Assembly (NCBI GenBank): GCA_021157625.1
Contig: JAGGWD010000005.1
Location: 2,118-66,117, forward strand
Length of the DNA: 64,000 nt
Origin: a bacterium
GTDB lineage: Bacteria; Patescibacteriota; Minisyncoccia; Minisyncoccales; JAGGXC01
Direction: 5' to 3'
Shown: positions 54,886 through 64,000 of the stretch, in pieces
Layout of the letters: every line of letters starts with the position of its first letter
How positions within the stretch are numbered: position 1 is the stretch's first letter
The notes under the pieces: generated by a model
The model's database searches: none
What the model saw: only the letters and a program-made list of their open reading frames with translations
Told to the model about the DNA's origin: nothing
Program-made: the position numbers and the translations under genes

Positions 54886-55767
54886 TCAAGATCTTTTCAT
54901 CCAACTGATCAAGATCAGTGAAGCCAAACATATAGAAGAATAAGTTCCTAAACTAATCCCAAGAATTAGAGCAAGACTAAAATATCTTAAAGTATGTCCG
55001 CCAAAGAAAAAGATAGCTAGCAAAACAAATAAAGTGGTAAGAGAAGTACTAATTGATCGAGAAAGTGTTTCATTTAAACTTTTGTTTACCGTTTCTTCAA
55101 AAGAAAGATTGAGCTTCAAAAGATTCTCTCTTATTCTATCAAACACAACAACCGTATCATTTACAGAATAACCAAAAACAGTAAGTAAGGCAGTAATTAT
55201 TGGCACAGAAATCTCTACCATATAGAGTTTCCCAAGAATGGCAAAAATTCCTATCGGAATTAAAACATCATGAAATAGAGCAATAAGAGTGGCTATCCCG
55301 TATTGCCAGGAGCTTACTGGCCAAGAAACTTCTCGAAAAGCAAAAGTAATATATAAAAGAATGGAAACCAAAGCCAAAAAAATAACAATCTTGGTTTTAT
55401 CTTTGGTTTCTTTACCTACTACTGGCCCAATGAATTCAAACCGTGTTTCTTGAAACTCTCCACTAGGTCTTAAAGCATCAATGATCCTTTGGTGCATTTC
55501 ATCAGATATCTCTTGAGTGCGCAAAATAATGCCTTTCTCCCCTATCTCTTGGACAGAAATTTCTCCTGCATCAATATTTTTTAAGCTATGTTTTATTTCT
55601 TCCAAAGAAGGTCTGTTATTTTTATATTCAATTTCAATAACACTTCCTCCTACAAAATCAATACCCCACCGCAAGCCAAACAAACACAAAGAAGCAACAC
55701 TCGCCAAAATCATTACAGTGGATATGGTAAAGAATATTTTTCGATATTTAACAAAGTTTATTTCCAT
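54886..55767 (-). CDS. secF: protein translocase subunit SecF
   Basis: GIDFVGG, IGPVVG, HDV, GYSVNDTVVVFDRIRE, GTYSSI. Confidence 0.95.
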   Translation of the reverse strand: MEINFVKYRKIFFTISTVMILASVASLCLFGLRWGIDFVGGSVIEIEYKNNRPSLEEIKHSLKNIDAGEISVQEIGEKGIILRTQEISDEMHQRIIDALRPSGEFQETRFEFIGPVVGKETKDKTKIVIFLALVSILLYITFAFREVSWPVSSWQYGIATLIALFHDVLIPIGIFAILGKLYMVEISVPIITALLTVFGYSVNDTVVVFDRIRENLLKLNLSFEETVNKSLNETLSRSISTSLTTLFVLLAIFFFGGHTLRYFSLALILGISLGTYSSICLASLILISWMKRS

Positions 55768-57053
55768 AGTATTTGCCATTTTTCTAATCGGGTATTAATG
55801 AAACATCTCAAGAAGTTCTTCGTGACAAAAATAGCAGAAAAAATACTTACAAGAATTCCCAAACCTAAAGTAAGAGCAAATCCTTTCACAAAACTTGTTC
55901 CCAACCCAAATAGAATAAGAGCCACAATTAATGTAGTAACATTGCTATCTCTAATTGATGGCCAAGCACGAGAAAATCCATCTTCTATAATCCTCTCAAA
56001 ACTTTTTTGTTCCTTCCTCTCTTCTCTCATTCGAGAAAAAATCAAGACATTAGCATCGATAGCCATTCCTATCGATAATATAAAACCAGCAATTCCTGCC
56101 AGGGTTAAAGTAACAGGGATTATTTTAAACAGAGCCAATACCAAGATTATATAAATCACCAAAGAAATGGAAGCCAAAAGCCCAGGTAATCGGTAGAATA
56201 AAATCATGAATATAACAATAGCCAAAAATCCAATCAGACCTGCTCTAAGACTTTTTTCAAGAGAAATAGCTCCAAGTGTCGGCCCAACAGTCTCTTGAGA
56301 AATTAATTTGATAGGCACAGGAAGAGCTCCGGCGCTTAAGTTTCGAGCTAATTTCTTTGCCTCTTCTGGCGTAAATCTTCCTGTAATCTGGGCTCTCCCA
56401 TGAGATATTTTTTCCTTTACAACAGGAGCAGAAATTAGAACATCATCAATATAAATCGCTAATGGTTTACCTATATTCCGTGCTGTTAGCTCTTCAAATA
56501 TTCTTGCACCCTCTTCATTAAATTGAAGAGAAACGCGAGGCTCATAAGTATTAGGATCTAAGGTTACCTGAGCTTTCTTAAGATATCTTCCTGTAAGCGA
56601 AGTTGGTTGAAAAAGTTCATCTATCTCCATTTCTCCGGATTCCAGTTTATCTTTGTTTTTTTCAACTAATTCATCATAATTTGGTTTTGGTTCTCGAAAC
56701 TCAAGATAAGGAGTCTGACCAATCATTTTAATTGCTTCAGAAACATTTTTTATTCCGGGCAACTCAACTATCAATCTCCAACTATCTCCTACTCTTTCTG
56801 TCTGAACTATAGGCTCTCCAACCCCAAAAAGATTAATTCTTCTCTCTATCACATCTCTTAATCCTTCCATAGTAGAAGCCCAATCTTTCTTTTCAATCTG
56901 AGATAAATCTGCCTGATAGACCAAATGACTGCCTCCTTGAAGATCAAGCCCAAGTTTAAATGGTCTATTGCCAATAATTGACAAATCAAAAAGGGCAGCA
57001 ATTACAACAAGTATCAGAACAAACAATAAAGTTAAATAAGTTTTTGATTTCAT
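55758..57053 (-). CDS. secD: protein translocase subunit SecD
   Basis: LGLDLQGG, RINLFGVGEP, GALPVP, VGPTLG, GMAIDANVLIF.R. Confidence 0.95.
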   Translation of the reverse strand: MKSKTYLTLLFVLILVVIAALFDLSIIGNRPFKLGLDLQGGSHLVYQADLSQIEKKDWASTMEGLRDVIERRINLFGVGEPIVQTERVGDSWRLIVELPGIKNVSEAIKMIGQTPYLEFREPKPNYDELVEKNKDKLESGEMEIDELFQPTSLTGRYLKKAQVTLDPNTYEPRVSLQFNEEGARIFEELTARNIGKPLAIYIDDVLISAPVVKEKISHGRAQITGRFTPEEAKKLARNLSAGALPVPIKLISQETVGPTLGAISLEKSLRAGLIGFLAIVIFMILFYRLPGLLASISLVIYIILVLALFKIIPVTLTLAGIAGFILSIGMAIDANVLIFSRMREERKEQKSFERIIEDGFSRAWPSIRDSNVTTLIVALILFGLGTSFVKGFALTLGLGILVSIFSAIFVTKNFLRCFINTRLEKWQILWK

Positions 57054-57069
57054 AAGAGAAAATAAAAAT

Positions 57070-57720
57070 TTAGATAGCAGTAAGAAATACAGAAACAATT
57101 CCAACTAGAAATATTCCATCAAATACTCCTGCTCCGCCAATAGAAAGCATTCCAGGAGATGTTTTCAGGACCTTTTTTATATTCAAGATATCAGCACCAA
57201 TTAAAGCACCCCAGACACCAGAAATGAATGCTACCGGAGCAGCAAAATTAGGAGCAAGAATTAATGCAAAAAGAGCTGAAAAAACAGGAGGAACAACTGC
57301 TGGAAGTGCTATCCCTTGACCAGGTACAATTCGTGATAAACTAAAGCATATGGCGATCATTAAGATCGTAGCTATCAGGGTTGGCTGCCATGGCACTTTC
57401 TCTAAAAGATAAAACGAAATACTCAAAGGAATCAAAGCTCCTCCTAAATTAACAGCAACGCCCTGATATACTATTTCTTTGCGGGGAAATAATCCAAAAA
57501 AATAATCCCTTCTTACATACACCTTCTTTCTTCTTGTCAATGGTATATTTACTACTGATCCTAATAAAATCAAAAGGATAATCAAGAATGTAGCTTCCGG
57601 CGAAAAACCCAGTTTTTCAAAACTAAAGCTAATGATATTAAAAAATATCAAAAAGAAAAGGAGCGGTAAAAGAAGAATTAACAACAAGAAAACAAAACAA
57701 CCTATAGGAAAGAAAAACAT
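57070..57720 (-). CDS. DUF1614-family membrane protein
   Basis: GSVVNIP, AVNLGGALIP, PGQGI, GALIGADILN, SIGGAGVFDGIFL. Confidence 0.85.
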   Translation of the reverse strand: MFFFPIGCFVFLLLILLLPLLFFLIFFNIISFSFEKLGFSPEATFLIILLILLGSVVNIPLTRRKKVYVRRDYFFGLFPRKEIVYQGVAVNLGGALIPLSISFYLLEKVPWQPTLIATILMIAICFSLSRIVPGQGIALPAVVPPVFSALFALILAPNFAAPVAFISGVWGALIGADILNIKKVLKTSPGMLSIGGAGVFDGIFLVGIVSVFLTAI

Positions 57721-57739
57721 AACTATTCTTGGAGATACG

Positions 57740-58342
57740 TTAATAAATCCTTAACAATTCTGGCGTGATTAGTGTTTCGATTACAGCAGCAATAAAAAGA
57801 AATATCAATAATATCAAGAAAAGAGCTAACCCCTGATTGATTTCGTTGACTACACTGACCTCCTTTCTCAACACTTTCCTTATTGCTACTATTCCTATTT
57901 TCAATCCTATCGCAGAAGAAATTAAAAAACAAGGTATCTCTACAATCCCATGAGTTAGGATACCAGTAAAGAAATAAAAGATGCCATAATTTCTAAATAC
58001 AATACTTGCCAGCATCCCTAACACCTCACCGTTGTTTAAGAGGATAACCAAAGGAAAAATTCCAAATAGAACCCCTAACGCTATAGTAAGAAAAGAAGTA
58101 ATTCCGTTCTTAAGAAACACAAAAAGAATCTGTGAAATTTTGCTTTCTTTAAAAACAGGGCTATAAACCTCTCTCAACAATGAAATCAACTCCTGAGCCC
58201 GAGAAGGATACAATTCACTAAAATAATATCCTGCAATACCACCTATGAGAAAAACAATTGAGGCTATGATAATATAAGGAATAAGGCTTTTTAAATAAAT
58301 AAAGAGTGTGTCTCTCTTGATGGAAAATATTTTTTTATCCAT
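57740..58342 (-). CDS. stage II sporulation protein M (SpoIIM/DUF95) family membrane protein
   Basis: FLKN, NGEVLG, HGIVEIP, AAVIE...TP. Confidence 0.85.
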   Translation of the reverse strand: MDKKIFSIKRDTLFIYLKSLIPYIIIASIVFLIGGIAGYYFSELYPSRAQELISLLREVYSPVFKESKISQILFVFLKNGITSFLTIALGVLFGIFPLVILLNNGEVLGMLASIVFRNYGIFYFFTGILTHGIVEIPCFLISSAIGLKIGIVAIRKVLRKEVSVVNEINQGLALFLILLIFLFIAAVIETLITPELLRIY

Positions 58343-60821
58343 ATTTAGGCCAGCAGCATTTTTTATATTTTTTCCCGGAACCGCAAGGGCAAGGATCGTT
58401 ACGTCCGACTCGATTTAATGTTCCTTTTTTTGTTGTAGGAAAATATTGAGCAGAAGAAATATTCAAAGAAGGAGAGGTTTCTTTTTTCGTTTCTATCTTA
58501 AAAAGGTTTTGTACAATAGCAATTTCTATTGTCTCCAAAAATTTTCGAAAAAGACGATGACCTTCGGTTTTATACTCCACTAATGGATCCTGCTGACCAT
58601 ATGCTCTTAATCTCACCGAATCTCTTAGCTGATGCTCCATAGTATATAAATGATCTACCCAAAGCATATCCATCGTACGCAAAGCAATAAATCTCTCGAG
58701 TTGACGCATATTTTTCTCTCCTATCTCCTTTTCTTTTCTTTGATAACCCTCTTTTGAGAAACCATGTTTCTCAATCATCTCTAGAATTTTGTTATGTAAC
58801 TCCTCCTCAGACGCTCTGAGAATTTCTTTTCGTTTTTTGTAAAAAGTCTCTCTGTGTTTATTTAAGACATCATCATATTCTAATAGATGCTTTCTGGCAT
58901 CAAAATTCATCCCTTCTAATTTGGACTGAGCAGATTCAATAGCATCTGAAACTATTTTTGCTTCAATTGGTTGATCTTCTGGAATATTCAATTTTTCCAT
59001 TAGAGACTTCAATTTTTCTCCCCCAAAAATCTGCATCAGATCGTCCTCAAGAGAAACAAAAAACTGAGAAGAACCCGGATCTCCTTGCCTACCTGCCCTT
59101 CCTCTCAATTGATTATCAATCCTCCTGGCCTCATGTCTTTCTGTTCCTATCACATGGAGTCCTCCTAATTCTCTTACTTTCTTTGCCTCTTCTAAATCAG
59201 GAGGGTTTCCTCCCAAGATAATATCTACTCCTCTTCCAGCCATATTGGTGGCTACAGTCACCTGTCCAAGTTTTCCAGCCTGCGCAATAATCTCACCTTC
59301 CTTTTCATGATTTGTTGCATCAAGAACCTGACAAGGAATACCTTCTTTTTCCAATAATCTTTTTATAATCCGATTCTTCTCTATAGCTCCTTCAGTATGC
59401 TCTCTGGCAGCAAATACTCCTGTTCCTATTAGAATTGGCTGCCCTTTTGCATGTCTCTTCTTGACTTCCTCTACTATTGCCTTAAATTTAGCTCTTTTTG
59501 TTCTGTATACTCGATCAGGCAGATCTTTTCTGATCATTGGTTTGTGAGTTGGAATAGAAATGACCTCAAGCCCATAAACTTTATCAAATTCCTCGGCTGA
59601 AGTTGCAGCAGTTCCGGTCATACCAGCAAGTTTTTTGTACATTCTGAAATAATTCTGAAAAGTAATTGAAGCTAGGGTTCGGGATTCAGGTTTCACCTCA
59701 AGACCCTCTTTTGCTTCTACTGCCTGATGAAGACCACCCGACCATCTTCTTCCAGGCATGAGTCTCCCCGTGAATTCATCTATTATAATTACTTCTCCAT
59801 TTTTGACTATATAATCTCTATCTCTTTTAAACAAAACCCTTGCTTTGAGAGCAGCTTCTAATTGATGAATAGTCACAATATCACTTTCTGCCCAAGGATC
59901 AAAACCAAGCTCTCTTACAATTCTATCTTGTCCTTGTTCAGTAAAAGTGGGAATTCGCATCTTTTCATCCATCTTATAATCTTGGTTTTCTTTGAGAGAT
60001 GCAATCAATCTTGCAAAGCGATAATATTTCTCGGTTGATTTCTCAGCAGGAGCAGCAATAATTAAAGGTGTTCTTGCTTCATCAATTAAGATTGAATCCA
60101 CTTCATCAACTATCGCATAATGAAAACCTCTTTGAACTTCTTCTTTGGGATCGTAGACCATATTATCACGCAGGTAATCAAACCCAAACTCGTTATTTGT
60201 ACCATAAGTGATATCGGCAAGATATGCCTCCTTACGAGAACAAGGACGTAAAAAATCTTCAACTACTTTAAAAGAACCAAGTTCATCGCGGATTCTGTCT
60301 TTCTCTTCATCAGGTTTTTTATAATCAGGATCATAAAGAAAAGACTGCTCGTGATTCAAACATCCTACCGAAAGACCTAAATAATGATATATTTGTCCCA
60401 TCCAGACAGTATCTCTTCGTGCCAGATAATCATTAACTGTCACTAAATGAACGCCCTTTCCTTCAAGGGCATTAAGATATAAAGGCAAAGTAGCAGCCAA
60501 AGTCTTTCCTTCACCTGTCTTCATTTCAGCAATTTTACCTTGATGCAAAACTATTCCACCCATCAACTGACAATCAAAATGTCTTTGGCCAAGTGTTCTT
60601 TTTGAAGCCTCCCTTACTACAGCAAAAGCCTCAGGCAAGATTTCATCAAGCGATTCTTTTTTCTTAATTCTTTCTTTAAATTCCTTGGTTTTCTCTCTAA
60701 GTTCATCCTGAGAAAATTTTTCGAATTTACTCTCAAGCGCATTTATCTTATCAACCAGTGGCTTGATCTTCTCTAAGTATTTTTTATTAGCATCACCAAA
60801 AATTTTATTTAGAATAGACAT
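58335..60821 (-). CDS. secA: preprotein translocase SecA
   Basis: [57 protein letters not shown] motif [13 protein letters not shown]. Confidence 0.98.
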   Translation of the reverse strand: MSILNKIFGDANKKYLEKIKPLVDKINALESKFEKFSQDELREKTKEFKERIKKKESLDEILPEAFAVVREASKRTLGQRHFDCQLMGGIVLHQGKIAEMKTGEGKTLAATLPLYLNALEGKGVHLVTVNDYLARRDTVWMGQIYHYLGLSVGCLNHEQSFLYDPDYKKPDEEKDRIRDELGSFKVVEDFLRPCSRKEAYLADITYGTNNEFGFDYLRDNMVYDPKEEVQRGFHYAIVDEVDSILIDEARTPLIIAAPAEKSTEKYYRFARLIASLKENQDYKMDEKMRIPTFTEQGQDRIVRELGFDPWAESDIVTIHQLEAALKARVLFKRDRDYIVKNGEVIIIDEFTGRLMPGRRWSGGLHQAVEAKEGLEVKPESRTLASITFQNYFRMYKKLAGMTGTAATSAEEFDKVYGLEVISIPTHKPMIRKDLPDRVYRTKRAKFKAIVEEVKKRHAKGQPILIGTGVFAAREHTEGAIEKNRIIKRLLEKEGIPCQVLDATNHEKEGEIIAQAGKLGQVTVATNMAGRGVDIILGGNPPDLEEAKKVRELGGLHVIGTERHEARRIDNQLRGRAGRQGDPGSSQFFVSLEDDLMQIFGGEKLKSLMEKLNIPEDQPIEAKIVSDAIESAQSKLEGMNFDARKHLLEYDDVLNKHRETFYKKRKEILRASEEELHNKILEMIEKHGFSKEGYQRKEKEIGEKNMRQLERFIALRTMDMLWVDHLYTMEHQLRDSVRLRAYGQQDPLVEYKTEGHRLFRKFLETIEIAIVQNLFKIETKKETSPSLNISSAQYFPTTKKGTLNRVGRNDPCPCGSGKKYKKCCWPKYG

Positions 60822-60934
60822 AGAATCGTAAGTCAAAGAAGTGCTTTATTATATAAAAATATCTTCCCTCTTTCAAGTTTCATTAAAAAAACAGCTTCAG
60901 TGCTGTTTTAATTTCCATTAACCTTGCATCTGCT

Positions 60935-61354
60935 TTATTTCTTTTTTGGAGAAGCGGGTGAAGAAATCTTTGTCATTTCTTTGAGCTTCCGGAAAGATTT
61001 TCTGGTCCGTATAATTTGTTTTTTCTTGTATTGCTTGAGTTCTCTTTGCAACTTATCCTTGAGTTCGGTAATGGCTGCAAGAAGATCATCTTTTAGCGAT
61101 TCCGCTCTTACACTCTTTCCAGGAAGTTTTATTTGGCATTCTGCCCGAAAAACATCTCCCTTGTAGTGATGATGGGTGGTTTTTTCTATCTCTACCCATC
61201 CTTCTAGAGCAGGCTTTGACTTTGAAGAAGAATCAAAATCCTTCCCTACTCTTGAGATTAACTTCTCTAACCCTCCTATTTTTTCTTTTATATAACTCCG
61301 AAGTGATGGTGTTAATTCCAAATTTGTAGCCTTTATATTTATTTTAAATCTCAT
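60935..61354 (-). CDS. hpf: ribosome hibernation promoting factor (HPF/RaiA)
   Basis: NIKATNLELTPSLRSYI.EK, DLLAAI...DKL.REL..YK. Confidence 0.88.
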   Translation of the reverse strand: MRFKINIKATNLELTPSLRSYIKEKIGGLEKLISRVGKDFDSSSKSKPALEGWVEIEKTTHHHYKGDVFRAECQIKLPGKSVRAESLKDDLLAAITELKDKLQRELKQYKKKQIIRTRKSFRKLKEMTKISSPASPKKK

Positions 61355-61372
61355 AAGATTTTTAAAAAATTA

Positions 61373-61433
61373 CGCCCCCTTTGCACTACAAGATTCCAAA
61401 ACCTACCATATGAAATTCTGAAAGAAGGGGGCG
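61373..61433. terminator. long-loop inverted repeat, possible terminator downstream of the poly-Lys ORF
   Basis: CGCCCCCT...AGGGGGCG arms. Confidence 0.4.
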
Positions 61434-61444
61434 AAAATTAAATT

Positions 61445-61519
61445 CTACTTCTTCTTTTTTTTCTTTTTCTTCTTTGCAGTTTTTTTCTTTTTTGTGGTCT
61501 TCTTTTTCTTCTTTGCCAT
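61445..61519 (-). CDS. putative 24-aa poly-lysine peptide (MAKKKKKTTKKKKTAKKKKKKKKK)
   Basis: Clean ATG...TAG frame with mixed AAA/AAG codons, upstream GGAGG and TTGACA (61641-61646), downstream hairpin. Confidence 0.6.
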   Translation of the reverse strand: MAKKKKKTTKKKKTAKKKKKKKKK

Positions 61520-61669
61520 TTATTTTTATATCCCTCCAGGAGTTTTTAAAACCTGGAAATTTTTATTTTGAATGCAAATAGTCGACCAGCCTATTTGCAA
61601 ATATTGATTTATTATTTTATTTTCGCACTTTAAAAACACCTGTCAAGGTGGATAACTCCAGACAAAAAA

Positions 61670-62554
61670 TCAAAATCCCAAAAATTCAATTTCCTCCTCT
61701 AGTTCAATACCAAACTTCCTTTTAACTTCCTCTTTGGCAAGGGTAATTAAAAACATAACATCTTGGCTTGTAGCATTTCCCAAATTTATTATAAAATTGC
61801 CGTGTTTTTTTGATATCTGTGCTCCTCCTTTTCTTTTTCCTTTAAGAGAACATTTTTCGATCAGTTTTCCTGCAGAAAATCCTTCTGGGTTTTTAAAAAT
61901 ACAACCTGCCGAAAAACACTCAAGAGGCTGTTTTGCTTTCCGATACTCTAGATATCTTTTCATTCTCTTTTCTATCTCATAGATGGAATCTCTATCAAAT
62001 ACAAACTCTCCCGAAAGAATTACAAGTTCTTTATTCTTTTTAAAAATACTCTCTCGATAGCCAAATAGACAATCTTTTGTTGAATAATTTTTTATTGTCC
62101 TGGTAGATATATCAAAAACTCTTACATTCTTTACCAGATCAGCGATTGATTTTCCAAATGCTCCGCTATTTCCCCTTAGCGCTCCACCCACAGTTCCTGG
62201 AATTCCTGCAGCCCATTCAAGACCAGATAATCCTGAGTTTTTCGCAATGGTAAGTAATTGGGCTAAGTTGGCTCCTGCTTCTGCAATAATGCTGGAGTCT
62301 TTTCTTTCTATCTTGGAATTTTGGATTTTTATTACCAAACCATCAAAACCTTTATCAGAAACTAAGAGATTGCTCCCTCCTCCTAAAATAAAAAAGGGTA
62401 AATGATACTTCTGAGCTTGCTCAAGAGCTTCAATTATCTGCTGCTGGGAGTGAGCCACAAAAAAATATTTTGCCCGACCACCTATTTTAAAAGTAGTAAA
62501 TGGAGCTAATGAAACATCCTTTTTTATATTTTTCAACTCCTTTTCTATTGGCAT
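61670..62554 (-). CDS. murB: UDP-N-acetylmuramate dehydrogenase
   Basis: TTFKIGG, LGGGSNLL, GLEWAAGIPGTVGGA, SAGCIFKNP, KHGNFIIN, LEEEI. Confidence 0.96.
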   Translation of the reverse strand: MPIEKELKNIKKDVSLAPFTTFKIGGRAKYFFVAHSQQQIIEALEQAQKYHLPFFILGGGSNLLVSDKGFDGLVIKIQNSKIERKDSSIIAEAGANLAQLLTIAKNSGLSGLEWAAGIPGTVGGALRGNSGAFGKSIADLVKNVRVFDISTRTIKNYSTKDCLFGYRESIFKKNKELVILSGEFVFDRDSIYEIEKRMKRYLEYRKAKQPLECFSAGCIFKNPEGFSAGKLIEKCSLKGKRKGGAQISKKHGNFIINLGNATSQDVMFLITLAKEEVKRKFGIELEEEIEFLGF

Positions 62555-62571
62555 TAGAATGATAATTTACA

Positions 62572-62635
62572 CAAAAGGACCAGGGGAGTTGACTCCAATT
62601 CTAAGTCTTTCGGTGAGTGCTGGCCCCTGGTCCAA
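62572..62635 (-). ncRNA. putative small RNA 2 (10-bp closing stem, 37-nt loop), family unknown
   Basis: GGACCAGGGG/CCCCTGGTCC stem followed by a U-tract; perfect TATAAT (62641-62646) just upstream. Confidence 0.5.
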
Positions 62636-62669
62636 TTTTTATTATACACTCCTAAAGCAATAAAGCAAG

Positions 62670-62758
62670 AAAAAAGTACTAGACCTTGCGCAAGGCAAGG
62701 TCTAGTACCGACTTTAGAATGGAGTCTCCGATTAAGAATCGGAGTCGCACTCACCATC
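62670..62758 (-). ncRNA. putative small RNA 1 (own promoter and intrinsic terminator), family unknown
   Basis: TTGACA-N17-TAATAT (62763-62791); internal CTCCGATT/AATCGGAG hairpin; 14-bp terminator stem (62676-62708) plus U-tract; no credible ORF. Confidence 0.6.
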
Positions 62759-62797
62759 TACAATATTAGCAAAATTAAAATGTTCTGTCAAGTGTCT

Positions 62798-64000
62798 TTA
62801 GGGAGTAGAAGGTATTGCACCTACCCCTCTCTGATTCAAGAGTAACTGAACATCTGGAGCCCATTGCGGATTGATTCCCAAAGCCATCTCTAATGCTTCC
62901 TTGAGCATCTCTGAATTACCAGTAAATTTTGCCGTAATCGCTCCTACATCAACCATAACTAAGTTGGCCTGTTTTGATTGAGGAGCAAGCAATACTGCCT
63001 TCTTAGCAAGGAAAAATGCTTCCTCAAATTTTCCTTGAAACATCTTGGTCTGAGCCAATGCCCAATATCCTTGCTGATTTCCTGGACTTACCTCTATTGC
63101 TTTATTTAAAACTTCCTCTGCTTTCTGTAACTTTGAGGTATCAATCCTAGCATAAAGATTGTAAGCCTTTCCAAGTAAAAGATAAGAAGAAAACAATAAA
63201 GGAGATTCTTTGATGTTTTTTTCTAATTCTTGGGTCACAAAATCGAGTTCTCTTCTTTGAGTCTCTTGAGGAATACGCTGAGCAATCTGCTGAATGCTAT
63301 ACTTTTTCATCTCTTCGCTGGCAATATTTTCTCTCATCTGGAACCTTCCTAAAGGAGAAATTTCTAAACTTTGTTTGTAGAAAGCAAATCTTTGTTCTGA
63401 ATTAGGTGTCCGGACAGCTTTTATAAGCGTTTTATTCGAACGTACTGGCTGAACAACAAAATAAAACAAGGATGTCAAAAGCAATGGAATAAAAATGCTC
63501 AAAGCGATAAAGAATCGTCTCTTGTTAAAGGAAAAATTTTTGTTTTGAGACCCGCTATCTTTTCTCTGAGAAGCTACAGTTCCTATAAATCCCAGGACCA
63601 AAAAAAACATCATATAACTTGAAACCATATCAAATACAGTGAGATTTTGGATAAAATAAGCAAGCAAGGTAACAGAAAAGATGCTTACAGAAAGAAAATC
63701 TATTTCGTGGTGGTAATATTTCTTCCAAAGAATCCAGAAAATAGAGCAAAAAAACAAAAGATAAGTCAAGAATCCAACTATTCCCACAGAAACCAATGTA
63801 TCTACCACAATATTGTGAGCGCGATCAAACCAGACATCTCTTCCATATACTTCTCGAATAAAAAGGCGAGGGTCAAAATATCTAGTAAAAGCAATATTGA
63901 AATTCTCAGGCCCCCATCCAAAATAAGGTTTTTCTTTCCAAGCCTCAATCCCAATACTCCAAACAAGAGCACGATCTTTGGAGATATTCAATGATAATTT
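62798..64000 (-). CDS. O-antigen ligase (Wzy_C/WaaL-like) membrane protein with C-terminal TPRs; 5' end probably beyond the window
   Basis: R..VW..G......P.FGWG.ENF, DRAHN, then TPR-like AIEVSP.NQ..YW.LA. Confidence 0.85.
   Translation of the reverse strand, partial: KLSLNISKDRALVWSIGIEAWKEKPYFGWGPENFNIAFTRYFDPRLFIREVYGRDVWFDRAHNIVVDTLVSVGIVGFLTYLLFFCSIFWILWKKYYHHEIDFLSVSIFSVTLLAYFIQNLTVFDMVSSYMMFFLVLGFIGTVASQRKDSGSQNKNFSFNKRRFFIALSIFIPLLLTSLFYFVVQPVRSNKTLIKAVRTPNSEQRFAFYKQSLEISPLGRFQMRENIASEEMKKYSIQQIAQRIPQETQRRELDFVTQELEKNIKESPLLFSSYLLLGKAYNLYARIDTSKLQKAEEVLNKAIEVSPGNQQGYWALAQTKMFQGKFEEAFFLAKKAVLLAPQSKQANLVMVDVGAITAKFTGNSEMLKEALEMALGINPQWAPDVQLLLNQRGVGAIPSTP

Noticed and set aside
62554..62757. 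67-aa minus-strand ORF upstream of murB
   Set aside because: Runs through a strong terminator and a second promoter and has atypical composition; better explained as structured RNA.
1..64000. CRISPR-Cas, transposases, integrases, reverse transcriptase/DGR, prophage, alternative genetic code
   Set aside because: None recognised; long genes read normally with TGA as stop and RF2 is present.

Overview
AT-rich, gene-dense bacterial chromosome segment, mostly coded on the minus strand. Gene content points to a Patescibacteria/CPR genome of the Parcubacteria (Nealsonbacteria-like) type; this is inferred from short ThrS, a sigma70-r4/HARE-HTH protein, a TraD-like ATPase pair, a DUF5667-Kazal protein, a pilin fusion and an unlinked 23S. 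The Lys/Glu-rich proteome suggests it may be thermophilic. Housekeeping content: 5' part of a 23S rRNA, rpsP, rnc, nusB, rpmF, rnhB, dnaE, thrS, ftsZ, rplJ-rplL with L10 leader, mltG, pcm, a MacAB-like exporter, corA, ftsEX, prfB (+1 frameshift), four tRNAs, murJ, rnpB, pgk, secDFA, hpf and murB. The top observation is a 12-20 kb neighbourhood with an archaeal-type tetraether synthase (Tes/GDGT-MAS, MJ0619 family) radical SAM homologue, an archaeal-type GGPP synthase, a GT2-enolase fusion, a GT4 lipid-glucosyltransferase-like gene and a MiaB-MiaA fusion. A stand-alone cdsA lies elsewhere in the window. Together these are a candidate system for remodelling scavenged (archaeal) lipids in a lineage thought to lack membrane lipid synthesis. 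Also notable: a pair of mutually complementary small RNAs upstream of murB, a duplicated rnpB promoter/5' end bracketing a pilin-NosD adhesin gene, and an unannotated 24-aa poly-lysine gene. No CRISPR array, transposase, integrase or prophage was seen. All family assignments come from motif recognition by eye; no database search was run.
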